56,676 nt of DNA, filler included, from Sluysia triapertura (GCA_046118255.1; 4 parts of 4 records of this genome joined end to end with filler, not necessarily neighbours in it), one strand, 5' to 3'. Shown: positions 37,178 to 51,969, counted from the whole stretch's first letter. The notes: generated from the sequence alone by a model not told the origin. Numbers and translations: made by a program.

Positions 37178-38590
37178 GTTCGTTTTGTATTATGATTATG
37201 ATTATTATGATTGTTATTATAATTATGATTATTATTATCATTATTATTATCATCATAATTATTATTATGATTATTATTATCATTATTATTATAAAAATGA
37301 AAAATCGAATACTTGATTTATCAATGATCGTTTACGCTTGAGATTGGATCGCTGTCCAATTCCAAATAATGAAATAAACACCAACAAGCGACCAGATTTT
37401 GTTTGTAATAAATTTTTTTGTACAATTACAAAAAAGCATCAAAAAGAAACGTCATCGAAATCGTTGATATTAGATATTAAAGTAGATATTAAAAATTTTA
37501 TTCGAAAATTATTATTGTTAGTTGATTCCATAGTAATTGTAATTTTTGCACTACTCCAAATGTACAATTCATCATCAAAATGTTTGGTTCTAAATCAATA
37601 ATCACTTTTTTTGTCTTCGTTTTTAATCTTTAGTATACGAATTTATAAAAAAAGTGTGCTGGAAATCGATTTTTAAACTCTACGCTGCCTACTTAAACCA
37701 TTTTCATGAACAATCCTTTACTGTTCATAGACGTTTTTCCATATAAATATCATATTTGTCTTTAGAATTAAATTTTATAAATGTCAGATTAACTTTTATT
37801 TACGCAACCCTTTTTTTAAAAATAAACATTTGGATAAAATTTTATCTTTCGAGGAGCTAAATGTTGGAAAGGACCCGAGTGTTTAACTCTGTAACGGAAT
37901 AAAAAAAATAATTGATACTTGGGGTTTATATCTTTATTGAAGGAAAATAACTTCTAGTATTTCTCCAGGGAAAATAAAAGAAGTATATGTAACATTCGTC
38001 TATTTCGACCATTAATTTAAATGTTATATATAACTAACATTGGTACACTAAAAGTTAAGTTGGATTTAAAATGTTTGTGAGTACATTAAATTTAAATTTT
38101 AAAAAATGGAAACATAAATGAAGGAAAATAAATATGGAACGTAAGAAATTAATTAGCAAATCAAAAAGATTACCAATCAAACGGTAACGAATCAAAAAAT
38201 GAATATTAATTCCAGTCAATACTAAATCAAATGTTCTTAATATAAAATCATTTTAAACTTAGTCTTTATTTTGATATATCTCGGTAGCATTTCAAATTCT
38301 TTAAAATACAAAAGATTCAGAAAGTACTATTGTGAAAAGATAAGGTATACAATACAAGTATACCTTCATCTCTCTCTGCTCGCGATCCAATTCAACAGTC
38401 GAAACCGTTTTCAATGTGAATGAGTCATCAGCTCCATGACACATCTTATCATCTACACTAATTCATTCATCATTATCAAAAAGACTGGCTTGTGTACATG
38501 CGACAAAATAGCCTCGTTCATAACTTATGGCTGGGTCTCCTATCGGTGTTTCGTTGCTCTCTGATTAAATATTTGAAGATAGATCTTCCT

Positions 38591-38735
38591 TAATTAAATA
38601 ATTAGAAATAAAATTATTGACTGTGTATTTATTAATGGACAATGTATTATGTGTAATTATGTAATTAAATAATTAGAAATAAAATTATTGACTGTGTATT
38701 TATTAATGGACAATGTATTATGTGTAATTATGTAA
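38591..38735. repeat. Perfect 71-bp direct tandem duplication
   Basis: taattaaataattagaaataaaattattgactgtgtatttattaatggacaatgtattatgtgtaattatg at 38591 and 38662. Confidence 0.92.
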
Positions 38736-40899
38736 ATTTGTGTACATTAGTACACAAGATCGCTCAAATAAGCGTATTGAAACAATATTCGTTGCAACTC
38801 GAAATAATTCAATCTAAATTATAGTAAGCTTTACTATATAAGTTTTTGTCTTCTATAAACGTTATAACTAGTTTAAAGCTAGTTTTAAAATCACATTTAA
38901 ACTTTATTGGTATAATTTATTATTATAATCATTATTAACCTTCTAAAATTTGGCGACATTAGTAGCAAGGAAAAAATTAGTGAGTAGAAGATAGTATTAA
39001 ATAAAATGTGGTTAATCGACAAAAGATTCGTTGAAACTATAGTGATTTTTAGGTGCTAACCTTCAGAGTATTTCGTTAGGTAAATATTTAAGATTAAATC
39101 CTACAGGGACGTCGCTGATAGATGCATACTGTATGAACCAATGTGAATCTTGAGACAATTGAAGATCTTAACAACCTTTAAAAATCTTTGAGTACCCTTG
39201 TAAAGTATTTGAAATTTTTAAAATATTTGTGAAACAAAATCATTGTTACTAACACTAAAGATAAATTTGATACATTAATAGTTAGCTGAAAAAATTAAAA
39301 AAGGAATCAGAATATTGACGGTGAAAACATCTAGAACCTTATAAAAAGAGCTAGGACTTTGAAAGATTTTCTTGCACCGGTGCACCGAGTACAGCCCGCG
39401 ACTCAATAATTAAACTCCCACTGAATGATTTAATAATAATGCATTATTTAGTTAAATGTAATACAGTAATAACAAAAATGAAATTACAACGTAACGTTAT
39501 GAATTTCTATGACTTTTTAATAAAATAAAGGTAGAACCAGATGTATATATTATACTATATATGTATATTATGAAACACCTACAAACAACTATTATTCCTA
39601 AATAAGACATGTTTTGTATTATAAAACATTGATTTATTGTAAATATTCTAGAATTTTATTTCAAAAAACATTCAAGGAGGATAATGAAAAGTTATGATTT
39701 TTAGACCATTTATTTATTGACCATGTTTATAAGATAAAATCAGGTGCACCAGTGCACCGGGAACAGCCCTACTTATAAAGTATTAAAGAACTTTAGAATC
39801 TTAATAAAACCTTTAAACATAAAATAGGATAAAGTCTAAAAATTGATTAATTAATTAAATTAAGAAAAATATGCTATAACGAAGTTGTAACTGTGAGATC
39901 TTTCGATGAAGATATAATTTGACCAAGTTCATGCAAAGAAAGCCTTAATATTGAGAAAGTTAAATTTTAATTAACTCTTAATTCTAAAATTTTTCATATC
40001 TAGACTAATGAAACGATAATGAATTGAATATGAGATGATTACTAATAAAGAGGATAATTTAGAAATAAATTTGAAATGTTTATAGAATGATCTGTTCGAC
40101 AGTGAGAAGCTTAAACATTTTCCAATATAAAATTGGATGTGGAAAACTAAAAATCAATTAAATTATAAAAAATGGAGTTAATTAGTAATGCCTGTTATTT
40201 TAATGTGAGAAGTAATTTAGGAGAAAATAAGATGATTAGGATGGAGGAAAATAATGGTTGATCATTAATCACTTAATATAGTCTGACAAGTAGTACCATG
40301 TAATTGTCCGAGCTCTCATTGTAAGAAGATGTTTTATTGTAAAGCTCAATAGTGATTGGATAATGAAAAAGTAGTTGTAAAATTTTCACACAACAATAAC
40401 AGAGATAATAATAACAATGACAGTACAACAATCCATGTATTTTTTTATTTTAAATTTTTTTAATACTTTATTTTAACTCTTTAATTAGTGATAATATTTA
40501 AATTTTATTGATTAATATTTATTGTATTATTTGATAAGTGATATTTATTATGATATAAAATATAATTGAGATTAAGTCTTATTTTTGAATTTTTAAGATT
40601 TGAATTTAAGATCAATGCATTAAATAATGAAAATAGACAATCCCAGATATATAAAATGTTGCAGTCGATGCATGACTAACCCACTACAAGTTCTTCTAGG
40701 GCTCGGAATTAGATGCAGATAGATTTTGTGTTTTAATCATTAAATAGTGTTTTCTGTGTGACCAATAAATTTTCCAATATCGTAGTAGCTTCTCTGTAAT
40801 TAAATTTTCGCTACATTTAATTGCAACTATGTCACCAATTTCTCTCTCAATAGTTCATCAAATCTAATATTCGAATATTCTGGTTTTGTAATAAAATTA

Positions 40900-41351
40900 C
40901 CGTAAATTCGTGCGGTTTTATTTGTTGCAAAGAAAACACACCAACCTCTTGTTTTAACTGATTTGAGTTATATTCATTCAGCTGAATTATCTATTTAAAT
41001 CATTTTAGACTAACTTTCACTTTCATTACCCTCATTAAAATAGAGTTTCAGGTAGATAAAAATGAACATTTACTACATCTGCTCCTTTTCTATTTTAATC
41101 AACACTTAAACGCTCTAGAAGCCACCAGAATGATTTGTTGTGGTGGGATTGACAAACTGCCAGAACGGTGGAAGGAAATGATCGATTGTGGCAGAGAATA
41201 TCCCACCGATTGAGATTGAGATATTTGTTTTTTCTAATGATTTAATAAATTCATTTTGTTATCTGTAATTTTTTGAATGGTTTCTATTCTTGATCAGTAT
41301 GCATTTTTCATAATTGTAAAAGACCGCACGAACTTATGCACCAACTCAATA
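40900..41351 (+). mobile_element. Internally deleted mariner element
   Basis: GIDKLPERWKEMIDCGREY* is the mariner transposase C-terminus. Right TIR ccgcacgaacttatgcaccaactcaa followed by TA. Partial left TIR taaattcgtgcgg. Confidence 0.75.
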
Positions 41352-42440
41352 GTTAATTTTTCCGCATAATATTAAATTGATATTTGAGTTTTATTTTATC
41401 GAATTTTATATTATTGAACAATTAAGTAATTTTCACATTAATGATAATAATAACAACAACAATAATAATATTTTAAAATTATTAATTTCACTTCAGTTTG
41501 ATTTTGTTCTACATAGAGAAATGCATTAAATATTCTGCTTTATATTCATAATTAGTGATATTACGAAAGATGAAGCTTTTAATAAGGAAATATAAAAAAA
41601 CATTTATTGTGGAAACAATGCATAAAAAATCAAAATATTTATGAAAAGGTTCAAAAACTAATTAGCAGAAAAATAATCTCCGGAAACAAATAATAAGATA
41701 CAAAAAAACAAAAAAGTTGCCGAAATATTTATATTTGTTGACTCCCAGCATCAAATAACGTTTCATATTGTTATAAAGTGGAATTAACAGCATTCATCTA
41801 TATTATGAGATAATTAATTATTAATTTCTAACAATAATGATAATAATAATTAAGTATTTATGTATGGTATTTAATTATAATATAAATGTCCATAAAACGA
41901 TAAAAATATGGTAAACTAAATTAAAATAAACCGTAAAATTCCGTGTATAAGCCGCGGACTATCTAAGAAAAAAGTTTTTTTTAAATCATTACTGCAGGAT
42001 TTTAAAACAACTTTAGTTTGTGAAAAGTGAAGATTAACACAGTTTTTAAATAAAGATTTAATAGGGGTGAGATTGATAAAGTTAAAAAGAATCATTAAAC
42101 TGATATATCTAAATGATGCTAAAAAATTCAAACATTTATGTTTCAATGGATATGCCGCAGCTAATGTATCAACAAAGATATATTTTATAGAAAATTAATT
42201 GTGGAGAAAGTATTATACGATACACATAAGAAAACTCTGGGCTATAATGTAACATCAATGAAAAATACTATAAAAGGGGGGATTATTTTTATTGCAAATA
42301 CAGATATTCTATAAATAAAATGCGAAATAATATAAACAATTTCATTGGCGGTTTTTCTTTTTGACTCATTGTAGTAGTGAGTTATTATTTAATATGGCAT
42401 TCATTATTGTTAGTGAGAATTTAATTATTCTCATTTGTAG

Positions 42441-42720
42441 ATTCATTTACGAGCTCTATTTACGTACAGTCCATACGACGATGCTTACATACCTTGCAAA
42501 GAAATAGGACTCCACTTTGATCGAGGTACTGTTCTTCACGTGACTGACACACACGATCCAAATTGGTGGCAAGCCTATCGAAATGAAGATGGAAAAGGTT
42601 CTGGCCCATACGAAGATTTAGCTGGGCTAATACCGAGTCCTCAATATCAATACAAGCGTGAACAATTGCGAAGAAATCTCCAGTTGAAAGATTGTGACTT
42701 GGAATTCGAATCCGAATCAA
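42441..42720 (+). CDS. MPP5: PALS1/MPP5 exon: SH3 and start of HOOK
   Basis: IHLRALFTYSPYDDAYIPCKEIGLHFDRGTVLHVTDTHDPNWWQAYR...LAGLIPS. ttgtag acceptor and gtaagt donor. Confidence 0.95.
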
Positions 42721-42741
42721 GTAAGTACTTTCTTAAATGTA

Positions 42742-43247
42742 CAGTGGTGGCCAAATTATTAGACTAAAACTGGAAAAATATGTTTTATTTGCTTTTCTTA
42801 ACATTTGCTACCCTGGCCTGGAAACACTCCAGACATTAATCACATAGAAGATCTGTGGGTGATTGTCAAAAGAAGAGTTTCTACACGTAAACCAACCACT
42901 AGGACGAGATCAAAGACTTGTGACCCAAGCTCATCCGTGGCATGCCTTTAAGGATCAGGAAATTATTGAATAACAAAGGAGGGAAAACAAAGTACTGATG
43001 CAACAGTTTGTATAGATTTGATTAGTAGTAAATTGTGTTATCATTTTATATGAATAAATTTTCTCTATGTTTCGGATCTCAGTATTTTTATCTATTATTT
43101 TACTTTCACCAGAATTTTTTGGAGAAGGTAGTTATTTTCCGTGACAATGTTTTTATACGCTTTTAATTAATAGTTTCATAGTATCCTTGAAAAATGTTGA
43201 ATTTTGTCACAAAAATGGTTTTTAGTCAAATAATTTGGCCACCACTG
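42742..43247 (+). mobile_element. Internally deleted Tc1-like element (506 bp)
   Basis: TA-flanked TIRs cagtggtggccaaattatt(a/t)gactaaaa. Internal WPGNTPDINHIEDLW corresponds to the Tc1 motif WPxNSPDLNPIENLW. Confidence 0.9.
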
Positions 43248-43326
43248 TAAAAACACTTGTTAAACTTTTATAAATGAAAATAATCACTAAATGAAACAAA
43301 TGAAAGAATAAATAAATTATTATATG

Positions 43327-43426
43327 NNNNNNNNNNNNNNNNNNNNNNNNNNNNNNNNNNNNNNNNNNNNTTAATTAATTAANNNNNNNNNNNNNNNNNN
43401 NNNNNNNNNNNNNNNNNNNNNNNNNN
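43327..43426. other. Assembly gap with artificial linker
   Basis: 44 N + TTAATTAATTAA + 44 N. Confidence 0.95.
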
Positions 43427-43609
43427 TCTCTATAATCAATAAAGGTTCGTTTTAGGAACCTTATTAAAATCATTAAATTAAAGGTTCAGTTTAAGAACCA
43501 AATTAAATTCTTAACAGGTTCAAAGTAAGAACGTTATCAAAATACAATTAAAGTAAATTTTGTAAGGAAATTTAATATTGGAGCAACTTTACTTAAAGTA
43601 GTAAATTAA

Positions 43610-43900
43610 TTAACACCTCCATTTACTTTAAATTTTTGACAGAAAAATCCAACGGCTGGCCCTAATCGATAAGCCCAGTACGTTGGTGAACTCACGTTAA
43701 TCTTGACTTATTTATTCTGACACTCACACTTTTCTTACAAAGATCTTAATTATTCTATTATGATTTTCGTGTGCCTTTTCGACTTCGAAAGTCAAATTGT
43801 GGTTTAATTGATAAAAATTTTAATGCTAGGCTTCCTAAAATGGACTACCCGGGAATCGAACCCGGGCCATCTCGCGGCACAGTTTGATACTCTGCCATCT
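43610..43900 (-). mobile_element. tRNA-derived SINE (5'-truncated tRNA-like head plus repeated body)
   Basis: Minus strand agatggcagag (A-box-like)...gcccgggttcgattcccggg (T-arm with B box). The 5' acceptor strand is missing. The body recurs at 19343-19480. Confidence 0.7.
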
Positions 43901-44101
43901 AACAATTTTAGATTTTATAGTCAATTATACTAAATGGCACATTAGGCCTGCATCCCAACATTAATACATTGTATTAGGAAGAACATTACCTTTATTATAA
44001 ATATTTATAACAATAAACTCCGTAATAATAAAGTTTTACGTAATATGTTACAAAATTCTGAAACTTTAATGATGTGAAAATGGGGGCCTGTATTGCAAAT
44101 A

Positions 44102-44780
44102 TCAAGTGTCCCAAAAGTAACCCACCTGAAAAAATTGGATATCAAAAACGTCAAGCGTAATTTCTCCTTTCATGTCATTTTATGTTATCGTCGCTACTAT
44201 TCATTTCTTTATGTGTGATCTTACTGATTCTGTTCGGACGTCATTGTTTGATTTTTGTTCAGCGCGCGCTTATGGACTCTCATTCTTAAAAATGCAGCGA
44301 AGGACTTTAGATTTAAACGAACGTATCTTCGTTATTAAAAAATTACTCTTCAAGGACTAGCTGCAAGTATGTTGAAGAAAGATGGGAAGCAAACTCCAAA
44401 ACACCTGTACCGAGTAAGTCGACTAGCCTAGTTGACCCATTTCGGTGATCTTTATTTTCAACAAGATGTAGCACCTGTGCACTACGCCAAAGATGTCGGA
44501 CAATGGCTTGATGAAACATTTCCTTGACGTTGGATTGGATGTTTATAAAGCCTAGGACACTTGATCAACTAAAACAAAGTATTTAGCCAAGTAGAACCAA
44601 ATTTCAGAAGAAACTTGCCACAAAGTATGTCGCAGTGTCGTCAAACGATTTCGTGCTTGTATTGAGTTCAACGTGGACATTTTGAACATTTGTAATTACT
44701 AAACACACCCATTAAATTGGTCGTTTTTGATATCTAATTTTTATTTAAGTTTATGGTTCAGTTATTTTTGGGACACTCAG
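44102..44780 (+). mobile_element. Internally deleted Tc1/mariner element of rosa/DD41D type
   Basis: TA-flanked TIRs ..agtgtcccaaaa(g/a)taac. FQQDVAPVHYAKDVGQWLDETFP*RWIG and terminal GHFEHL*. Confidence 0.8.
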
Positions 44781-45899
44781 TAGTATACTAACATTAACCT
44801 TAATTAAAAGGTTATATTAATTCTAATAAATGCGTTATGTGACTATGATTGTCTTTAACAATCAAATTTAAAGTTTATACAGATTAACGAAAATATCTTA
44901 CGATATGCTTTGTAAATAGTAAATCTAGTCTAACTTTAAGTCTAAATTCTAAAACAGTAATAATTATGATTTTTTGTAAGAATATGTTCAATGCAATTAT
45001 TACCAAACATAAAAATGAAAATTATTCCATCTATGCAATTCCTATACGCATACTTCTGAATTATTTATATTGGGCACCAAAATATTAAATTTGATCATCA
45101 CATGTTCTTTCTGATCCACTGACAGAGATTATATTATCATACTTTTTCATCTTGTAAAAGAAATAAGAATTATAAAATTATTATTAAAAAATATTTTGAA
45201 ATTCTTCAATGTTTTGATACATCAATATTAGACATTTTAAACAAGAAAATAATTTCAAATTTTAAAATTGTTTTATTTATATTATCAAATTTAAATAAAA
45301 TTTTATTACAAGCTACATTTGAAATTAATTTTTTTTGAACGGTGATCTAAACTCCGTTTAAATAATAAATAATTATTTCTTGCCTAAGTTGACAAAAATT
45401 GTACGATTAAGTATCTTGTAAAGTATGCCAAGTGTAGGTAAAATATTGCATTACCCATCTAGTAGCTTAGTTTATAGCGTAACCATATTCCCAATCTAAA
45501 GCACATATTACTAGATGTTTCATTACTCCTTTGTACATTCTGTACCTTATAACTTTTACTATCATTCATTAAACCATTCAATAATAATGTTGCATTAAAT
45601 AATTGTACGCTATATCACAACGTAATTCATTAAATTCACTTCGCAATTTAACGTTACTCGTAAAATTATTTTGTTTTTATTAAATAATAGTAAAATCATT
45701 TTCAAATTACAATTGCTTTAATACATAACATCACAAAAATGATATAACCTTACAAAAACCTAATAATATTGCCAACTTCAACATCTTATTAGATGACATT
45801 CACTTAATATTTTATCTTTTTGTTTTTTGATAGAAATTTATTATTATAAATTATAAGAAATTATTATAAAATCTAAAAAATATTTAAATTATTTTACAA

Positions 45900-46790
45900 A
45901 TCATTTTTACCGAAAATGGAACAATCGCATATTAGTATTATTATGAAGTATGAGTTCTTGCATTGATCTACAGCATCGCAAGCCGCGCGAAATATTAAGT
46001 GTATTTGGCTCTAGTGCTACTATTCAGCTTTCAGTATCACATTTATTTACAAAAATTGATCTCACAAATGAGTCACGTGGTTAGTCAGAATTAAAGGTCA
46101 TTAATCTCAAACTAAATGTCACCACTCTTATCACTCTCAACATGCCTATGAATTATCGTTGAAGTTTGGTGTTATAAAGCAAATAATTTAAGCTCATTTA
46201 GCTCAAATCGGTAAATTGAAAAAGTTCGATTTAAGTTTCACTGACCTCAATGAAAAAAAAACATAAGCGTTTAGAAGCTTTCTTAACTTTGCTTTCTCGA
46301 CCAAATCTGATTCACTTCTGAATAAAATTGTCACTTGCTATGAGAAATGGATCCAATATGATAATCTCAACCATTCAGCACAGTAGTTGGATAAGGCTAA
46401 AGCACCAAAGCGCAATATCCATAAAAATAAGCTGATAAAGTTTTTGGTAATTTCCTGAATGTCATCCAGTATAATTTCATGAAACCTGGCTCACCGAGAA
46501 CAGCAATGATGCAAAACTTAAAAACAGCCTAGATTAGTTTATAGATGTATTCACATCTTATTGCATGAAAACGCTACATCACAATGAACAAACGACTGCG
46601 GAAAAAACTATAGGATTTGAGTTGGAACTTCACAGCCCCACTAACTACAAGTTCTGCAATTGGAACAACTTTTAATTTGGAAAACAATTTAATTCAGAAT
46701 TTACTGACATGGTTTTACAGAACTGCATTGAACAACATGACAAGTGCATAAACATAGATCCATAATTTGATGAATAAACAATTCCTTACA
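45900..46790 (+). mobile_element. Decayed mariner (DD34D-type) transposase
   Basis: Ordered motifs MKYEF..ASQAARNI, HLAQIGKLKKFD, IVTCYEKWIQYDN, ILLHENA, PTNY, with many deletions. Confidence 0.75.
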
Positions 46791-46899
46791 TATGTAAGTT
46801 ATCAAACAATTTTTCCTTTCTTCTACAATATTGACAACCTTTTAGTTTCATTATACACGTAAGAATTCCAAATATGAGAATTTGAAATCAAATAACAGA

Positions 46900-47330
46900 A
46901 ACTGAGGTAAAATTGAGGTCTTTGAACAATCTGCATTTATTTCTGTCCCAATCTCATGGAGCAGAAATAAATGTTTGATAGTCAAAACAATCAAATGTAG
47001 TATGCAATCATTAAAATTAATAAATTTTAAATAATCTTTTCATAAATTAAAAGCAGATCGTATCAAGTGACATTGGAAACAAGATTTGATGAGTACGAAG
47101 TAATTTTGAATTTTATTCTTCAACTGTACAATTGAGACTTTTAGCTTATAACGTGCATCAACCTACAGAAACAAATATTAGATGCGTCGCATAAATGTAA
47201 TGTTTTATCAATCATAAGGGATCCGGCATCACAACTCAAGAATTTATATTGATGGGTACCCACAGCACGACATTTGTTATAAAGATAACGAAGTTAGAAG
47301 GCATTAATTTGTACGCGTTCAATATAAATT
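46900..47330 (+). mobile_element. Possible LINE ORF2 C-terminal remnant
   Basis: VLSIIRDPASQLKNLY*WVPTARH resembles the I..DPSHPL...LPSGRR end of L2/Rex-type ORF2. Confidence 0.3.
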
Positions 47331-48590
47331 GTTACGTATTAAATATTTTAATGTATTCTTTACAATTTTATCTATCACGGACTTATTTTCGGGTAAAAAT
47401 TTTATTATTTTAGCCTTGAATTTGTATTTTAAAATGACAATATTCGACACAACGTTAAATTTTGATCTTAATTAAAATTTAAAATTACGTTTCCTTCGCT
47501 TACATAAGAACTGAAACATCACTTTCAGTACACACAGCACTATGGACTTCACAGAAAATGCTTTGTATAATTACAAACTAACCTGCTAACACAATGAAAT
47601 AATTTTTATATTGATTTTATTTTTTAAAGTTTATTAAAATCAAAGCAAATACTTGTTAAAAATAACTGAAGCACAAAAAACCAAAACTACATTATTTTCA
47701 TATATTATTAAAACAATATTTAATTCAAAATATATATACATATATAAACACTTACACAAAAGCAAATGATACACAAAATCTTGCTTCTAGTTTAATTTTC
47801 TTGAATCATTAACAAGAAACAGGTTGAATAATCAAATACTGATTTCAGATTTTTTTATAAATCAATCAATATTTGAAAATTAAATATTGTAATTTAATTG
47901 TAATTGTATTATAATTGTAATAACGAGATAAAGCACAAATATATCTAATTCAAAACAGTTTAATAACAGCTGCTGATTGTATAAGGGATATATTCAACGT
48001 AAATATATCGAATTTAATTTCACGATAATCTAAATAAATTATTATTCATACATCATATTCAGATTCGATATTGATTATGAATTATTGTTTTGTTTTAATA
48101 TTACTCTATACCTTATTTTTATTTAACACTGTTTATAGAATTTTAAAAATAGCTAAGTTGGTCAATTTCAACAATTAAGTATGACTAATTATTGTTCGTT
48201 ATTGAATGTTAAGCTCTAATCCTAAGCATCAACTATTAAGAAGTAATTTTAATAACGTCTAAATTTTGTTATTATTCTTTTTAAATATTCTTTCTATCAC
48301 TTATTCCTCATATGTAAACTAAAATTAAAAGACGTTAATGTACTTTAATTATTTATTTCAAATTCCCAAATCAAATTTTTAAGTTTTAACACGTTTACTT
48401 AATTTAAATAGTCGCGCTTTATATCATACACATTGATTAATGACATAGAGCTAATATAGTTGCATCGGAATAATCTGAAGCATGTGCTCAAAACACTTAG
48501 CGTATAAAGAATTTCGACATCTTTCCAAATATTTCCTAATCTTCCTTTGATTTGGCATCTTTGCTGGCTTGTAGATTTTAAAAATATTAA

Positions 48591-48977
48591 CACATTCACG
48601 GACATTAAAACATGCTATGTTCGTGATGTGACACATTGATATTTTGATTGATTATTTACTGGTAACTCTCTTTAAACTGCTCTTTAGATTAAAATGAAGA
48701 AAAAGGTATATTGAGAATTTTGATAAGAAATTTTAATATCGTTATTTTCATCATACATTTGCAATATTAAAAAGCACTTAAAAATTGTTCAAACTTGTGA
48801 TGACAAAATGCCTTTACGTTACGTGACATGATTCATGTACGTATGAAGAATTAAGTTAAACAAACAGACGGCTTTTACCGCTTTGCATTTAAAAATAAAT
48901 TTTTAACGGTTACACCCGTCTTGTCATAGCATGAATAACTAGAAAGACGACTATAGCCGTCTCTGTCCGTGAACGCG
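48591..48977. mobile_element. piggyBac-type MITE; internal part repeated at ~52670-52816
   Basis: TTAA|cacattcacggac ... gtccgtgaacgcg|tt. Internal ttatttactggt..ctctttagattaaa...catttgcaat.ttaaaaagcactta is shared with 52670-52816. Confidence 0.6.
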
Positions 48978-51969
48978 TTTTTTCTTATTGGTTAAGTTAA
49001 GTGCCACTTTCATGCATAAAATATTACATAAAAATGCAATATTTTTAGAAATTAATATCATTACATCATTTTTAATGAAGCACATACGGAATACTGAATG
49101 CAAATTCAAATCTGTACACATCATCAATCATATAATATAATTAGAAAAATTAATGATATTGAAATTTTCAATTGATCATAACAAATTTCCATTTAAATTT
49201 TAAACAATTGCCAACGTTTATTCTATTCTATATATCTACAAAAACTCATATTAATTAATAAATGTTTTAAAAGTTTTAGTTTATGAATTTACACTGTTAC
49301 ACACGAAAATACAAAAACCTTACTATTAGCATTTTCGATCATTCTTATTTATAAATATAAAATTATATCATTTCATGAAACAATTTAAAGATTTAAATCT
49401 TAAATATGGGGAAAATTACAAAATATTATGTAGCCAATATAAAAATACGTTAGTAAAAATTGAGCAATACATTATGAACTATTTTGCATTAGGTAATTTG
49501 GGAATAAATTCAGCAATATTACTTATCGATCAATTTAATAAATTTATATTCAGAAGAACTCAACTGGATTCATTTATCTTGTTTTTAACATTTAAATATT
49601 CTCATCACATTTATAAATATTTAATATTCCTTGCGTTAATTTTTATGGCATTGCACGGATGATAAACCATTCAATATATTATCATTTAGTTTTATATTAC
49701 GCACTTACTAATTTACATTAAGCGCATTAAGTATTTTTTGTAATCTAACTAATGAATAAAGCCTCAAGATGTCACTAATAAATTACGTTTCGATAATTTT
49801 AAAATCAATTTATTAACTATTAGTATAAGTCTTATGCAGTTTATAATACTAAGATTGTTCTTTTTACAAATATAATAAAATTTAAGAAATAAATATATAA
49901 ACATAGAATGACTTTTTATATTGTCTACTACTTGTACTTTAAAACTTAATCAATTAATCTTTAATTTAAATTAACAGACATTAAACAACATTGATTAGAA
50001 AAACAGACTTTCTCTGTTTAGGCATTTGTTCATACTTTCAATTTTTGATTATTAATTATTTATATTTCAATATTAAATTAATTTACCAGTAACTGAATTA
50101 TTTCAAATGTTTTCGTACCAAACACATGCTACGAGTTAGCTCCAAACAAATCTTGTGCTATTTGAGAATTTAAATTTTTTTTACAAAATTGGATAGAATT
50201 TATTTTTAAAATAACATCAATAATAAATTATTATTTTTCCAACAAAACTACTATGAATTTATGGACATAATACATTAAGTCTTTATTATTTTAATTTATT
50301 ATTATTAATTTAACACAAACAAGTATTCTATTCTTTAAAAGTAATAATGTCGAATTTCATTTAAGTTCATTTAAACTAAAATTATCGATACGAATACAAT
50401 TTAATTGATTAGATAAAACAATGATTATTATTATTCCTGAATCACATAAAATGTAATTTTATTTTAGCGAAACTTAAAACATTTTTTCAGACACTGACTG
50501 AAAAAGACTGATAACAGAGTATAACTGATAAGTTTTAAAATCAATTTTATATTATTAAAATATATTTTGCAGACAGTTTACATACTTTAAAATTGCATTC
50601 TTCTTGATTGAACATAATTCGAATATATACAATAGTATTGAATTCAGTTTAATTGTGTTAAATCAAGAAATTTGAGAAATAAAATAAATACTAAGCATTT
50701 AACAAAGTCTTGATTTTTAACTATTTTTACATTCAAAGTATGTTAGAAATTATTACAATTAAACATCCTGTAAAAGTTAAATAATTATTAATAAAATTAC
50801 TAATTACTGACAAATATGTCAAACAAACTCGTTCAAATTAAAGAATAATTAAACACGACACCAAATTCTGGAAAGGGTTAACCACTAATTATGAAATTAT
50901 TTAAGATATTTTAAAGAATTTATTCATCGATTTTATAAGGTGCAGATTCCGAAAATATTGTTCTGGTATTAATTCAATAAATTAATCAATTATTTTAATT
51001 TCTTCAAAAATAATAAGTATTATATATTCTTTACTTTCGATAAATTTATATTGGAACCCAAGAAACATTATAGGAAGCGTTTTTTAAAGATTCCTGAATT
51101 TACTTATTTCCCATTTTCTGCTGCATTGATTTTATGTTTAAAATAATCAGTTATGGTTTTTTGAGTATATTAATTCTAAATATTTAATATTTTTTATTCA
51201 GAAGAGTGCACAATAAAGTAATGTCATAAATATTTAATTGATATAAATATCATGATTCACTTTCATTAAATCTAGAAATTTATTTCCCGTTTTAAAAGCA
51301 ACTTCAATTTTTATATCGTTTAAAATATATTACTTATTTTTTATTTACTAATTTTAAAGGTTGTTTTATATTATTTATATTTAAATACCTATTTAATCAA
51401 TATTAATTTTAATCAATAATGTATTAAATTAACGCTTAAATTTTAATAAACTTTTTAAGTTTATGACATCTGTAAGAACACTACGATATTTACAAACAAT
51501 TAATTCTACAAGTTATATTCAATTAATTTTACTTTTTATTTGTTCATTTATATTTAATGACAATGTTCGACAGTATAAAATTTAAATAATTTATGATCTA
51601 ATATCTCCTGCCTGATAGTGTAGATGCTGACAACTACACTTTCAAAATATAGACAAATAATTAGGGCGAAAGCTACTATTAGCTGCTAAAATAATTCGAA
51701 ATTACGAATACCTATTTCATAATTCATGTAATTTTTTGGAAAAGAATGGCACTTCTATTTTCAAAAATTTACAAAGTCACAAGAAATAAGGGTTTAATTT
51801 TAGAATTTAGTTTAAATCACAAAATTCGAAACTTTTAATATTTTTGAAATATAAAAAGTGCTCTTTATATGCCTCATCGCATTTTATATATTTGTAACAT
51901 GAAATTATCAAAATTTAATAAATGTAAAATACCACATATTCATACTACTCATGATTGTGTTATTAATGA

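Noticed and set aside
43841-43900. Functional tRNA gene
   Set aside because: No 5' acceptor strand, poor anticodon arm, and attached to a repeated body, so SINE-like instead.
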